A DNA stretch of 64,000 bases from Syntrophaceae bacterium (lineage in GTDB: Bacteria > Desulfobacterota > Syntrophia > Syntrophales > Smithellaceae), in the NCBI GenBank assembly GCA_009773315.1, contig WRPE01000009.1, positions 1,337 to 65,336 on the forward strand, written 5' to 3'. The notes beneath the pieces were generated by a model. That model had not been told where the DNA came from, did no database searches, and saw nothing but the letters and a program-made list of their open reading frames with translations. Made by a program: the position numbers and the translations under genes. Below, piece by piece: positions 19,126 through 29,454 of this stretch (positions are counted from its first letter, which is position 1; each line of letters opens with the position of its first letter).

Positions 19126-20670
19126 TCATTTCCCGCCCCTGTGCTGAGGGCGCAAGAGATCATAAACTGTTTTGACCGGATTAAAGACCATCAGTGGAAG
19201 CTCCACAAAGACCGTGTTCCAGTAAGCCATCCCACCGTTCCAGAGCCCGGGCATCTCCTGGGCCTTGAGCTTACGTCCTTTTTCTGTTTTGGGACTGATT
19301 AAATAAGCGTCCTGATTCACATAGTCGGCCAGATCAAATTTTTCACCAAGATAATTTTTCGTACAGCAAACCATATCGACCGGATTAAAATATGAAGCCC
19401 GCGACCAGATATCCGCCTGTGAGGCCATGCTGTGATTGACATGCGCCGATTCCACGATCTGCAATGTCCGCGATTTGTCTTTTTCCTGAACCCAGAAGGG
19501 ACCGCCGCCCGGCTCCCCGGCATTTCTAACCATACCGCAGACGCGCAGTGGACGGTTTAATAATTCAAATATCACCTTCTTTTTTGCTGAAATCGTCCTA
19601 TTGGAAAAGTTATTTGGTAAATCCATATTGAGCTCGGACTGGCAGAAAACAGCCATAGCTTCAATCTCCGATGAAGTGATCTGATCTTTTTCGAGCCGGT
19701 GTAACATTGTAAAGACAGACTGCTGCAATTGCATCGCCAGACCGCCCAGCATTTTTTTGTAAGGCAATATTTTCTTTTGCAGAGCATCCGGCGCGATATT
19801 ATCAATATTTTTAATAAAGATGAAATCGGCATCTAATGCTTGAAGGTTCTGAAGCAAAGCACCATGTCCGCCAGGCCGAAAGACCAGACGGCCATCTTCA
19901 TCCCGAAACGGCAGATTCTTTTCATCGGCTGCCACAATATTGGTTGCCGGCGACTGCACGGACAAATCAATCTTAAATCGGACATGGCAGCGCTCTTCAT
20001 ATTGGGGGATGACCCATCTCAGTAAAGCTTTGACGTTTTTGGCATGCTCTGCTGAAATCGTCAGGTGCAGTCTGCAGACGCCTCGATTATTTGTCATAAC
20101 ACTTGCGGCTTCCCCAAGATGTTCTACCAGCGCTGTTCTGATTTCACCATCCCGATAAACATGGAAAGGAGTAAGCGCCTTGGGCAACCAGCCGAAATGC
20201 AAACCGGCTGGAAGAAGAATATAATCCAGTACAGCTTTAACATTCTTTTGTTTGACCATTAGACGAGCCGTATCGTTTTTTTCCAGGTGTGGGAAAAACG
20301 GCATTTTTCTTAAATCAGCAAAAAAAGACCGATCAAGTTCGGCATTGCCGAAGCTGCCTTGCTGGGCTGCGGCAAACCACTCGGCAAACATGCGACTGGC
20401 CGCGCCGGATGCTGGAACAAATTTCAGGATATTGTATTGAGCGGCTTCGGCCTCATATCGTTTAATCAGGCAGTTGCGTTCGACGGGCGAAAAAGACCGA
20501 ATCCCATCGCTCGGGCTGCAAGGCCGAATAAGTTTCAAAAATGATGCTCCGCGCCGATAGGTTTCCAACTGCTTATTGATATCAGACGGCGTCAATCCCA
20601 ACGCCTTGATCTGCTCAATATCTTTTTTATTGAAAGAATAATTATTTTTCATGTGGTAATTACCGCCCAT
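19126..20670 (-). CDS. DUF4301 family protein (nucleotidyltransferase-like)
   Basis: KFVPASGAASRMF, FRPGGHGALL, GEPGGGPFW, FNPVD and FNPVKTV motifs. Confidence 0.92.
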   Translation of the reverse strand: MGGNYHMKNNYSFNKKDIEQIKALGLTPSDINKQLETYRRGASFLKLIRPCSPSDGIRSFSPVERNCLIKRYEAEAAQYNILKFVPASGAASRMFAEWFAAAQQGSFGNAELDRSFFADLRKMPFFPHLEKNDTARLMVKQKNVKAVLDYILLPAGLHFGWLPKALTPFHVYRDGEIRTALVEHLGEAASVMTNNRGVCRLHLTISAEHAKNVKALLRWVIPQYEERCHVRFKIDLSVQSPATNIVAADEKNLPFRDEDGRLVFRPGGHGALLQNLQALDADFIFIKNIDNIAPDALQKKILPYKKMLGGLAMQLQQSVFTMLHRLEKDQITSSEIEAMAVFCQSELNMDLPNNFSNRTISAKKKVIFELLNRPLRVCGMVRNAGEPGGGPFWVQEKDKSRTLQIVESAHVNHSMASQADIWSRASYFNPVDMVCCTKNYLGEKFDLADYVNQDAYLISPKTEKGRKLKAQEMPGLWNGGMAYWNTVFVELPLMVFNPVKTVYDLLRPQHRGGK

Positions 20671-20833
20671 ACCTTTAGCCTATAGTTTTTTATTTAACAT
20701 CATCCTGTCATGTTGACAAGCCCCTAATCGATCAGAACACATTCACCAGGCTGATATAAGCAATCGATTGCATCTTGACGCGACATGCCTTTTCAAGTAG
20801 TAGTTTGTCACCATCTTATCCGGGGGTGAAACA

Positions 20834-21967
20834 ATGAAAAATAATCTTCTTTTTCGATGGACTCTGATTTCCCTTTTTTTATTAACCTTTGGCACAACAT
20901 CAATTATACAAGCCGCCGACACGATTAAAATCGGTATTGCCGGCGCCCACACGGGTGACCTGGCTTCCTACGGCCTGCCTACTGTGAAGGCTGCCGAACT
21001 CATTGCCAAAAACGTCAACGCCAAAGGCGGCATTCTGGGTAAAAAAATCCAACTCCTTGTTGAAGATGAAGCCTGCAAGCCGGAATTGGCAACCAATGTT
21101 GCTACGAAACTGGTTTCCGCTAAAGCAAATGCCGTTATCGGCCATATCTGCAGCGGCGCGACCAAAGCGGCTCTTCGCACTTACAAAGACGCGGGAATTA
21201 TTGTGATCTCTCCTTCGGCAACCAGCCCCGAATTAAGTCTCTCCGGCCAGTATCCAAACTTCCACCGCACCATCGCTCCGGATGACACCCAAGCCAGGCT
21301 GGTGGCGGATTTTGCGCTCAAAACTCTGAAACTGAAAAAAATCGCCGTCATTCATGACAAAGGTGATTACGGCAAAGGTTTCGCCGAATATGCAAAAATA
21401 TTTATCGAAGAATCCAAGGACGCCAAAATCGTCCTTTATGAAGGCATTACACCCGGCGCAGTGGATTATTCAGCCATCGTTCAGAAAATAAAGTACTCCG
21501 GCGCGGACGCAATCGTTTATGGTGGCTATCACCCGGAAGCCGCGTCTATTGTGCAGTTGATGCGCAAGCGCAACATGAAAACCACCTTCATTTCCGACGA
21601 TGGCGTAAAAGATCAGATGTTCATCAAAGTAGCAGCCGCCGCCGCGGAAGGCGTTTACGCGTCAGGCCCCAAAGACACAACTAAAAATCCGTTGGCTATC
21701 GCAGCCATTGCTGAACACACAAAAGCTTACGGTATTGAACCAGGCTCGTTCTATCTCAATGCCTACAGCGCGATGCTCGCGATTGTCAACGCGATCGATA
21801 AAGCGAAATCAACCGAATATAAAGCGGTGCACAAAGCGTTGCGTACTCATTCCATCGATACGCCGCTGGGCAAAATAAAATTCAATGACAGGGGCGATGC
21901 GATCGGTGTCGGCTTCTCCATGTATCAGGTGCGTAAAGGCGTTTATGTGGAATTGAAACAGGACTGA
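20834..21967 (+). CDS. livK: Branched-chain amino acid ABC transporter substrate-binding protein
   Basis: Signal peptide; VIGHICSGAT, SPSAT and YGGYHPEA motifs. Confidence 0.9.
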   Translation: MKNNLLFRWTLISLFLLTFGTTSIIQAADTIKIGIAGAHTGDLASYGLPTVKAAELIAKNVNAKGGILGKKIQLLVEDEACKPELATNVATKLVSAKANAVIGHICSGATKAALRTYKDAGIIVISPSATSPELSLSGQYPNFHRTIAPDDTQARLVADFALKTLKLKKIAVIHDKGDYGKGFAEYAKIFIEESKDAKIVLYEGITPGAVDYSAIVQKIKYSGADAIVYGGYHPEAASIVQLMRKRNMKTTFISDDGVKDQMFIKVAAAAAEGVYASGPKDTTKNPLAIAAIAEHTKAYGIEPGSFYLNAYSAMLAIVNAIDKAKSTEYKAVHKALRTHSIDTPLGKIKFNDRGDAIGVGFSMYQVRKGVYVELKQD

Positions 21968-22004
21968 CCCCCTTGAAGGGGGCACGAGGCCGAAGACTGA
22001 AGAC

Positions 22005-22033
22005 GTAGGGAGCGGTTTGCAACCGTTCCCTGC
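22005..22033. repeat. GTAG-type REP-like palindrome
   Basis: GTAGGGAGCGGTTTGCAACCGTTCCCTGC; related half-site at 38451-38467. Confidence 0.55.
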
Positions 22034-22047
22034 CAAAATGGAGGGCG

Positions 22048-22950
22048 ATGAATTATTTTTGGGATTTATTTCTGGGAGGCCTGACACGCGGCAGCATCTA
22101 TGCCTTGATCGCTTTGGGCTACACAATGGTTTATGGCATTCTGCAGCTCATCAATTTTGCTCACGGTGAAATTTACATGATCGGGGCATTTACCGCGCTG
22201 ATTGTAGCCTCCATGCTGACGATGCAAGGGCTCACCGGTCTGTCCGTTTTAATTCTTGCCACCCTTGTTGCCGTTCTTTACGCCGCGGCTTACGGATTCA
22301 CCGTGGAAAAAATTGCTTACAAACCATTACGCCAGGCCTCGCGTCTGTCGCCTTTGATCAGCGCCATCGGCATGTCCATCTTTTTACAAAATTATGTCAT
22401 GCTGGCTCAGACTTCTGATTTTCTCCCTTTCCCCAACCTGCTGCCACAATCAAACTTTCTGGATAGCATCAGCTCTGTCATTGGTCCTTCCGACTTCATT
22501 ATTATTGCAACCTCCACTGTTGTGATGATCGCTCTCACCGCGCTTTTAAAGTTCACCAAGATGGGCAAGGCCATGCGGGCTACAGCACAAGATCAGACAA
22601 TGGCCATGCTTACCGGCGTGAATGTTAATCGGGTAATCTCCCGGACATTTATCATCGGCTCAGCGCTGGCAGCCGTGGGCGGCATTCTGATCGCCTCGCA
22701 TGTGGGCCGGATTAACTTTTATATCGGTTTTAATGCGGGCATCAAGGCCTTTACCGCCGCAGTTTTGGGCGGCATTGGCAGCATTCCCGGCGCTGTGCTG
22801 GGTGGGCTGGTTCTGGGACTGGCGGAAAGCTTCGGCACCGGCTATATCTCCAGCGACTATGAATCCGTCTTTGCCTTTGCTCTTTTGATTCTGATTTTGA
22901 TTTTCAAACCCGACGGTATTCTGGGACGTTCCTCCCAGCAAAAGGTTTAA
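22048..22950 (+). CDS. livH: Branched-chain amino acid ABC permease
   Basis: GSIYALIALGYTMVYG, INFAHGE and KAFTAAVLGGIG motifs. Confidence 0.93.
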   Translation: MNYFWDLFLGGLTRGSIYALIALGYTMVYGILQLINFAHGEIYMIGAFTALIVASMLTMQGLTGLSVLILATLVAVLYAAAYGFTVEKIAYKPLRQASRLSPLISAIGMSIFLQNYVMLAQTSDFLPFPNLLPQSNFLDSISSVIGPSDFIIIATSTVVMIALTALLKFTKMGKAMRATAQDQTMAMLTGVNVNRVISRTFIIGSALAAVGGILIASHVGRINFYIGFNAGIKAFTAAVLGGIGSIPGAVLGGLVLGLAESFGTGYISSDYESVFAFALLILILIFKPDGILGRSSQQKV

Positions 22951-22964
22951 CGGGGTCATCCGAA

Positions 22965-24176
22965 ATGAAATACGCCTGCGAACTTAAACGATCAACATAT
23001 ATGGCCCTGTGGTTTATCCTGCTTACATTTCCTATCATGGTGGTCAAAGTCAACACGATTGAAAACGTGATAGTCTGGCGCTGGATCAATGTCGCGGGCA
23101 TCGGCGTTGGCGCTTTTGTTCTTTCTTTTTTCTGGCAGCTCTACCTTCGAAAAAAAATAACATCTCAGCAGACTGCACTCGAAAAGGCGTCCATTCTGAA
23201 CCGCTTGATTGAAAACCCGAAAATTCATCGTCCCGCTCTGTTCATCGTCGGCATATTCGCGCTCATCTTTCCATTTGTTTTTTCACACTACCAGGTCAAT
23301 ATCATGACCACCGCGCTCATTTATGTCATGCTGGGATTGGGGTTGAATATTGAAGTGGGATTAGCCGGACTTCTGGATTTAGGCTATGTCGCCTTTTACG
23401 CGGTGGGCGCTTACAGCTATGCCCTGCTCAATTATCACTTCGGTCTGGGTTTCTGGACACTGCTGCCGGTGTGCGCGCTTTTGGCGGCCTTTTTCGGCAT
23501 CCTGGTGGGCTTTCCGGTCCTTCGATTGCGCGGCGATTATCTGGCTATTGTCACACTGGCGTTTGCAGAAATTCTTCGGCTGATCCTGGAAAACTGGAAC
23601 GACTTTTCTTTTGGACCCAGCGGAATTTCCAATATTCCGCGACCAGGCTTTTTCGGTATGAACCTGACGCTCGAACAGTCCGCCATTTATATGTACTTTT
23701 TGTTGCTCGCTCTTTGCGGCCTTACCATCTTCGTCACATACCGCCTCCAGCATTCCCGCATCGGCCGCGCCTGGGTGGCCCTGCGTGAAGATGAGCTCGC
23801 CTGTCAGGCGACGGGCATTGACAAGACCAAAGCCAAACTCACTGCGTTTGCGCTGGGCGCGATGTGGGCGGGCATAGCGGGTGTGCTCTTTGCCGCGAAA
23901 ACCACATTTATCAATCCGGCCAGTTTCACCTTTATGGAATCGGCAATGATTCTATCCATCGTGGTGTTGGGCGGCATGGGCTCGATACCCGGGATCATTC
24001 TTGCAGCGCTGGCAATTATCCTCCTGCCGGAATATCTGCGGGTCTTCAGTGACTATCGGATGATTCTGTTTGGAGCGGTGCTGATTATCATGATGATTTT
24101 CCGCCCCGGCGGGCTGATGGCCGACCGGCGCAAACAATATGAATTCCATCGATCGGACATAAACAACAAGTCATGA
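22965..24176 (+). CDS. livM: Branched-chain amino acid ABC permease
   Basis: GLAGLLDLGYVAFY and LRLRGDYLAIVTL motifs. Confidence 0.93.
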   Translation: MKYACELKRSTYMALWFILLTFPIMVVKVNTIENVIVWRWINVAGIGVGAFVLSFFWQLYLRKKITSQQTALEKASILNRLIENPKIHRPALFIVGIFALIFPFVFSHYQVNIMTTALIYVMLGLGLNIEVGLAGLLDLGYVAFYAVGAYSYALLNYHFGLGFWTLLPVCALLAAFFGILVGFPVLRLRGDYLAIVTLAFAEILRLILENWNDFSFGPSGISNIPRPGFFGMNLTLEQSAIYMYFLLLALCGLTIFVTYRLQHSRIGRAWVALREDELACQATGIDKTKAKLTAFALGAMWAGIAGVLFAAKTTFINPASFTFMESAMILSIVVLGGMGSIPGIILAALAIILLPEYLRVFSDYRMILFGAVLIIMMIFRPGGLMADRRKQYEFHRSDINNKS

Positions 24177-24187
24177 GGGAACAAAAC

Positions 24188-24985
24188 ATGGATAATATTC
24201 TGGAAGTAAAATATCTGACCATGGACTTCGGCGGCCTGCGAGCGCTGAACAACGTCAGCCTCCACATTCAAAGAGGAGAAATCGTGGCGCTGATCGGTCC
24301 CAACGGCGCAGGAAAAACCACACTGTTTAATTGCCTGAGCGGCATTTATAAGCCAACGGCGGGCGATACTTTCCTGTATCCCCCGGGCGGCAAGAAAAGA
24401 AGACTCAATGGTTTGAAGATCAATGCCATCAGCGAACTGGGCGTGGCACGTACCTTCCAGAATATCCGACTCTTCGGCGGCATGACCGTTCTGGAAAACG
24501 TTATGATCGGTCGTCACACCCGGTCAAAATCCGGCATTCTGGGCGCGATCTTTCGCCCGCCCGCCACGCGCAGCGAGGAAAAAACCATCATCGATAAAAG
24601 CTATTCTATTCTGGAATACATGGGTCTTGCCCCTCTGGTCAATGAACTGGCCAATAACCTGCCCTACGGCGCGCAGCGCCGTCTGGAAATCGCGCGGGCC
24701 CTCGCTACCGACCCGCATCTGCTATTGCTGGACGAACCGGCGGCAGGCATGAACCCGCAGGAAACCAACGAGCTTGACGCTTTGATTGCTCAACTGCGAA
24801 CAGACTATAACTTGTCCATCCTGCTGATCGAACACGATATGAAACTGGTGATGAATCTGGCGCAGAATATTTTTGTGCTCGACTACGGCGAAGAAATTGC
24901 GTGCGGCACGCCGCAGGAAATCCGCCACAATCCGGCCGTCATCAAAGCTTATCTCGGAGAGGAAGCCGATGCTGAAGTTAGTTGA
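24188..24985 (+). CDS. livG: Branched-chain amino acid ABC ATPase
   Basis: GPNGAGKTT, RTFQNIRLF and LLDEPAAGMN motifs. Confidence 0.93.
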   Translation: MDNILEVKYLTMDFGGLRALNNVSLHIQRGEIVALIGPNGAGKTTLFNCLSGIYKPTAGDTFLYPPGGKKRRLNGLKINAISELGVARTFQNIRLFGGMTVLENVMIGRHTRSKSGILGAIFRPPATRSEEKTIIDKSYSILEYMGLAPLVNELANNLPYGAQRRLEIARALATDPHLLLLDEPAAGMNPQETNELDALIAQLRTDYNLSILLIEHDMKLVMNLAQNIFVLDYGEEIACGTPQEIRHNPAVIKAYLGEEADAEVS

Positions 24986-25676
24986 CGTCGAAACCTGCTA
25001 CGGCAGCATCCGCGCGCTGAAAGGCATTTCCCTGTCGGTCGCCGAAGGGGAAATTGTCGCGCTTATCGGTTCAAACGGCGCGGGGAAATCCACTACCTTG
25101 ATGTCCGTCTCCGGTATCACGAAGACTTGCGGCGGACAGATTCTTTTCAACGATGAACCAATTGAAAAAATCGATCCCGATAAGATCGTTGCCATGGGCA
25201 TTTCCCAAGTCCCGGAGGGACGGCGCATTTTCCCGAAACTCAGCGTCCTGGAAAACCTGGAAATGGGCGCATTTTTACGCAACGACCATGCCGAGATCAA
25301 AAAAGATCTGGCGTACATCTACAACCTTTTCCCCATTCTTCACAAACGCCGTCATCAACAGGGCGGCACCTTAAGCGGCGGCGAGCAACAGATGCTGGCA
25401 ATATCCCGCGCGCTCATCGCCAAACCAAAACTATTACTGCTGGACGAACCGTCTTTGGGATTATCACCGTTGATGACCAAATTGATCTATTCTATCCTCG
25501 CCAAAATCAACGCCGAACACCGCACGACAATTTTTCTAGTTGAACAAAACGCTTTCATGGCACTCAAACTCGCCCATCGCGCATACGTCCTGGAAAACGG
25601 CGCCATCACACTGGAAGGGAAAGCCTCCGATCTGCTGCATGATGAAAATGTGAAGAAAGCTTATTTGGGGATTTGA
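24969..25676 (+). CDS. livF: Branched-chain amino acid ABC ATPase
   Basis: GSNGAGKST, VPEGRRIF and LSGGEQQM motifs; ATG at 24969. Confidence 0.93.
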   Translation: MLKLVDVETCYGSIRALKGISLSVAEGEIVALIGSNGAGKSTTLMSVSGITKTCGGQILFNDEPIEKIDPDKIVAMGISQVPEGRRIFPKLSVLENLEMGAFLRNDHAEIKKDLAYIYNLFPILHKRRHQQGGTLSGGEQQMLAISRALIAKPKLLLLDEPSLGLSPLMTKLIYSILAKINAEHRTTIFLVEQNAFMALKLAHRAYVLENGAITLEGKASDLLHDENVKKAYLGI

Positions 25677-25738
25677 CGCTTTTGAATTATCAATTTCGGA
25701 AACACTCCGGATAAACAAGCGAATCACTTTGGTAAATG

Positions 25739-28700
25739 TTATCGATTAACGATAGCAACAATCGACAGCCTCTTGAATAACTTGTCGATGTAATGATCCT
25801 GATCGTCTGTCATAAAAAGCACATTCTGTTCCTCAAATTGCTCGCTGGTTTTGCCCCATTTCAACTGAGGCTGAGGTGTCCAGGACAGAATGAAACTGTT
25901 AAGAACAACGCTGGCGTCATTCATTCGTTTTTCAATATCCTTGATCCGCTGGTAAAAGAGGATTTTTTCGCTTGCCGGACCTTCGTGCGTGAGACCGTGG
26001 GGATCGATGAATGTGACATACTGCTTTGTGCCGGAAAGCACCCAGAGGATAAAATCCGGATAAAAGTTGCCGGCCTCAAAGAAACCGACGCCTTTGCCAC
26101 GGCTCAAGTTTCTGAGTAGAAAAAGTTCTAAGCCGTCTTTTTCCAGGCCAGTCTTGTTCTGATTGCACCATTTTTGCAGATCGGTGACAAACTGGTATTC
26201 ACTTTCACCAAGGGAGACAGGCAAAACAGTAATCCTGCCGCCCTTCCGAACGTGGAAAAGCGGTTGAAACAAATGCCGTCCGAAGATACAGGCTTTTAAA
26301 TCGCCCTCTCCCAGCAGATCATCTTTCTTTTCTTGCAGTTCTTTCTTGATTTGCTCAATGGCGGCAATAACCTGCTCCTCGTCGCCGTCCACAATCATTT
26401 GATAGAATTCATCCTGCGGCAGATTATCGTCTTCGGGTGTCAATTCCCTCAATTCCAGACGCGGTTCAATGAATTCACGTTTGCTGTAGTTGTAGTAATG
26501 TTCAAAATAGCCTTTTAAAAGCGAGGCGGCGACCTGCTGTAACAGCATAACGCCATCATAATTATCCGGCTTCAACCTGGCGGCGGGCAGGTTAAGCGTG
26601 TACCAGGTGTTGTTTCTTAAAAGCCGATAAATGCCATCCTTAGATATGTTGAAGTTATGCCAGCTTCGTTCACGCTTATAGCGTTCCAATTCAAAATAAA
26701 GTGCATTGTAATCCAACAAGGCCAGATGTTCTTCGCGTAGCTTGACTTCGTCTTTTTGTGTAGCCAAACCAATGCCGCCACTGGACTGCACCGCTTGAAT
26801 GCGGGGATACCAATCTTTCTTGATCGTATTCTTAGTTAAATAATCCGGTAATTCGCCCATAAGCGGCACCGGCGCATCTTTCTTGAAATCATATTCCTTG
26901 CCGTCGGATGCTTTTCGTTTTGGGCGCAGAATCTTCAGTTTTTTGCCGAAATCATACGTTACATTCAGAGGGATTTGAATGATCTTGCGGCGCTCATTGC
27001 CAGGCAGTCCTTCTTCTCTGAGGAATTCGCGGAACTTTTCCATGAAGTCCGCTTCGATACCAAATACGTTGAGGGTTTCCAGTTCATGAATATTTTCCGG
27101 TGGAGGCGGCCCCTGATAATGTTTGCTTTGTGTGCGCATCAAGCTCCATTCATATCCTTTGAGACGAACGCCGCGACCGAACAACTGGATAATTTGTGTT
27201 CCTTCAGACCGGCCAACATGCATCAGGCCCATAGTGCTAACACGCCAGCAGTCCCAGCCTTCCACAAATTTCTTGGAGCCAATCAACAGGTTTACCGGGG
27301 AAGAGGAATCTTTCACCGACGCAAACATGGCTTCGGTAAAATCACTGTCTTCCACTGTCAGATGCGTTCCTTTTGCTGCGGCAACTTCGGCTACGTGATC
27401 ACAAAGGCCCTTGGCGTCACCAACGTTAATCAAGCCGAAAGGTGTTTCCGATGTGCCGACATGCAGCGCCACTTCGCCCGACTCACCCTTTATCCGGGAC
27501 AGACAGAGATTGCCTCCGGCGGCATTGTTGAAAAGACGGGCAAGAATATCACGATAAATATCATCGATACTGGCCCCGGCGTTTATGACCTTGGCCAGAT
27601 AGTTAAACGCCCCGGCAAAGATGTCGTTATTGTCTTTATCCAATAGCCCTGTGTCCTGGCCCGTCCCGGTGATGATAGCCTGAATATTACTGATAGCTTC
27701 CTGGTCTTTGGCAAGAAATGCTGCGATAAATTCGACAATTTGCGCAACATCGGCAGCAACCACCTTTTCGTCCAACGAACCGCCTTTGGCCTTTGTGACT
27801 GTGCTGCCCACAAAAACCCAGAGCGGTTTCTCCAGATTAAAAAGTGAAAAATCTTTTTTCTTTTCTTCGTAAATACGTAGTTGCTGATAAAATTTGAGCA
27901 GGCATGCCGTCAGATACTTTGTCTGCACATCCGTGTAGGTTTTGGGAATGTTGAGGATCTGATAATCCTTGCCGAAGCCGTCTTCATAAAACCAGCGGTA
28001 GGAGTAATCAAAGATAATCGTCTTGGCGTAACTGTTTTCAAAATCAGCGTTACCCGATGACTGAACCGCCTGTTCAAAAGTGGCTGAATATTCAAACGTG
28101 AAACCTTTCGCGCATAGCTGGCTGCGGCGTGTGAACCAGACACCTTCTTCCTTCCCGCTCATCCCCCTGTGACCTTCATCCACTAAAAGCAAATTCTGAT
28201 CGCCCAGACTGCGGGTGGCGATGGTGTTTGGCCCTTCCTGATCGCCAAGTTTGGTTATTTCTATGACATCGATCTGCTCAAAGCTGATAGGTTTCTGCGG
28301 CTCCAGTCGTATAACAAATAGAAAACCACTGGCGTGAAACTCGTCAATATGCTGTTCCGAGAGGCGTTCATTGGGCGTTAATAAAATCACGCGAGAGAGA
28401 TCATTTTCTTTCCCGTTCAGTTTAGCGTAGTGACGGTATTGCAGCAGGTTGACATGCATCAGCAGGGTCTTGCCGCTACCGGTGGCATTTTGCAGACACA
28501 GTTTATTGAGATCGTCCGCAGTGTAGGGCGGAATATCGGCAAATTCCACCCAGCGTGCATTGAAACGTTCCACAAATACATTGAGATCATGAAGCAGGAT
28601 TTCCGGATTGCTGAAAAACCGGTCCAGGTAGATTTCCACAAACAACAGCGTCAGCCATTGATAATATTTCCAGACGATGGGGCGATGGCGCTTTTCATTG

Positions 28701-29035
28701 ATAGCCAGTGTGTGCCGGACAATATTTTCCTCATATTGCAGTAGAAGTCCCCTTGTCATTTTACATGCCGTTGCATTGGGGTCGCCTCCGGCGTAACTGA
28801 ACAATGGGCTGTCTCCCAGATGATGATAAAAATGGTGCAGATTGTCGGCATCCAGACCTTCCAGGTGTGGGTTGCGGATAGGTGCGGCCAGCTTGTGAAA
28901 GGGGCGCATGACACTTGCGCCTTCGCGATGTTCAACTAGCGGATCAATACCAAAGAGGCTGATCAACCACTGATTGAGAATCAGTTTGTTGCGGAATGGA
29001 TGATTTTTGATTTTAGATTTGCGATTTTTGATCAT
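25739..29035 (-). CDS. Type III restriction-like Res subunit (SF2 helicase/ATPase plus PD-(D/E)xK nuclease)
   Basis: ATGSGKT, DEGH, YSATF, QLFGRGVR and C-terminal FYPDF...FIDPHG; ATG 29035 overlaps the TGA of the upstream gene; N-terminus encoded by a heptamer array. Confidence 0.88.
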   Translation of the reverse strand: MIKNRKSKIKNHPFRNKLILNQWLISLFGIDPLVEHREGASVMRPFHKLAAPIRNPHLEGLDADNLHHFYHHLGDSPLFSYAGGDPNATACKMTRGLLLQYEENIVRHTLAINEKRHRPIVWKYYQWLTLLFVEIYLDRFFSNPEILLHDLNVFVERFNARWVEFADIPPYTADDLNKLCLQNATGSGKTLLMHVNLLQYRHYAKLNGKENDLSRVILLTPNERLSEQHIDEFHASGFLFVIRLEPQKPISFEQIDVIEITKLGDQEGPNTIATRSLGDQNLLLVDEGHRGMSGKEEGVWFTRRSQLCAKGFTFEYSATFEQAVQSSGNADFENSYAKTIIFDYSYRWFYEDGFGKDYQILNIPKTYTDVQTKYLTACLLKFYQQLRIYEEKKKDFSLFNLEKPLWVFVGSTVTKAKGGSLDEKVVAADVAQIVEFIAAFLAKDQEAISNIQAIITGTGQDTGLLDKDNNDIFAGAFNYLAKVINAGASIDDIYRDILARLFNNAAGGNLCLSRIKGESGEVALHVGTSETPFGLINVGDAKGLCDHVAEVAAAKGTHLTVEDSDFTEAMFASVKDSSSPVNLLIGSKKFVEGWDCWRVSTMGLMHVGRSEGTQIIQLFGRGVRLKGYEWSLMRTQSKHYQGPPPPENIHELETLNVFGIEADFMEKFREFLREEGLPGNERRKIIQIPLNVTYDFGKKLKILRPKRKASDGKEYDFKKDAPVPLMGELPDYLTKNTIKKDWYPRIQAVQSSGGIGLATQKDEVKLREEHLALLDYNALYFELERYKRERSWHNFNISKDGIYRLLRNNTWYTLNLPAARLKPDNYDGVMLLQQVAASLLKGYFEHYYNYSKREFIEPRLELRELTPEDDNLPQDEFYQMIVDGDEEQVIAAIEQIKKELQEKKDDLLGEGDLKACIFGRHLFQPLFHVRKGGRITVLPVSLGESEYQFVTDLQKWCNQNKTGLEKDGLELFLLRNLSRGKGVGFFEAGNFYPDFILWVLSGTKQYVTFIDPHGLTHEGPASEKILFYQRIKDIEKRMNDASVVLNSFILSWTPQPQLKWGKTSEQFEEQNVLFMTDDQDHYIDKLFKRLSIVAIVNR
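29002..29033 (-). repeat. Heptamer array A, downstream arm (AAAAATC-type x4)
   Basis: Minus strand AAAAATC GCAAATC TAAAATC AAAAATC. Confidence 0.9.
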
Positions 29036-29391
29036 CAGCAACCCCTGCCTTTGACGGTCTTAATAGATGACACAAAAATGGCCGTTAATTCATTTGCTTC
29101 TTTTAACAAAGGATCAATCAGCTCTTTTTTTACAATGCCGCTTTCCATTAGTAATTCAAACCAGTAAGCACATTCATCAGCTTCTTCCAGAACAATGCCC
29201 AACTTCGTCGCGAAATCGGCCTTTGACCTGCCACGGCATGCCGCGCGATAATTAGCTCCGACAGATGTCCCTGAACGCAATAGTTGTTTTCCGATAACCG
29301 AAGCGGTCACAGAATCCGGCAATGCATTAATCAACCGGATAATCCGCAACGCAAATTGTTTCGTCCTATCTTTTAATTGCTGCTCGTCCAT
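29035..29391 (-). CDS. Four-helix-bundle protein A (23S-IVS protein/Avd-like family)
   Basis: LKDRTKQFALRII...KQLLRSGTSVGANYRAACRGRSKADF..KLGIVLEEADE...W. Confidence 0.93.
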   Translation of the reverse strand: MDEQQLKDRTKQFALRIIRLINALPDSVTASVIGKQLLRSGTSVGANYRAACRGRSKADFATKLGIVLEEADECAYWFELLMESGIVKKELIDPLLKEANELTAIFVSSIKTVKGRGC

Positions 29392-29392
29392 T

Positions 29393-29451
29393 AATCAAAA
29401 ATCCCCAATCCAAATCAAAAATCAAAAATCTAAAATCAAAAATCAAAAATC
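29393..29451 (-). repeat. Heptamer array A, upstream arm (GATTTTT-type, about 8 units)
   Basis: Minus strand GATTTTT GATTTTT GATTTTA GATTTTT GATTTTT GATTTG GATTGGG GATTTTT GATTA-ATG. Confidence 0.92.
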
Positions 29452-29454
29452 AGC

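Noticed and set aside
25739-25765. Heptamer-like ATCGTTA ATCGATA and small hairpin at the res 3' end
   Set aside because: Too short and degenerate to distinguish from chance.
29035-29391. 23S rRNA intervening sequence
   Set aside because: No rRNA sequence flanks either 4HB gene; only the stem-loop architecture is analogous.
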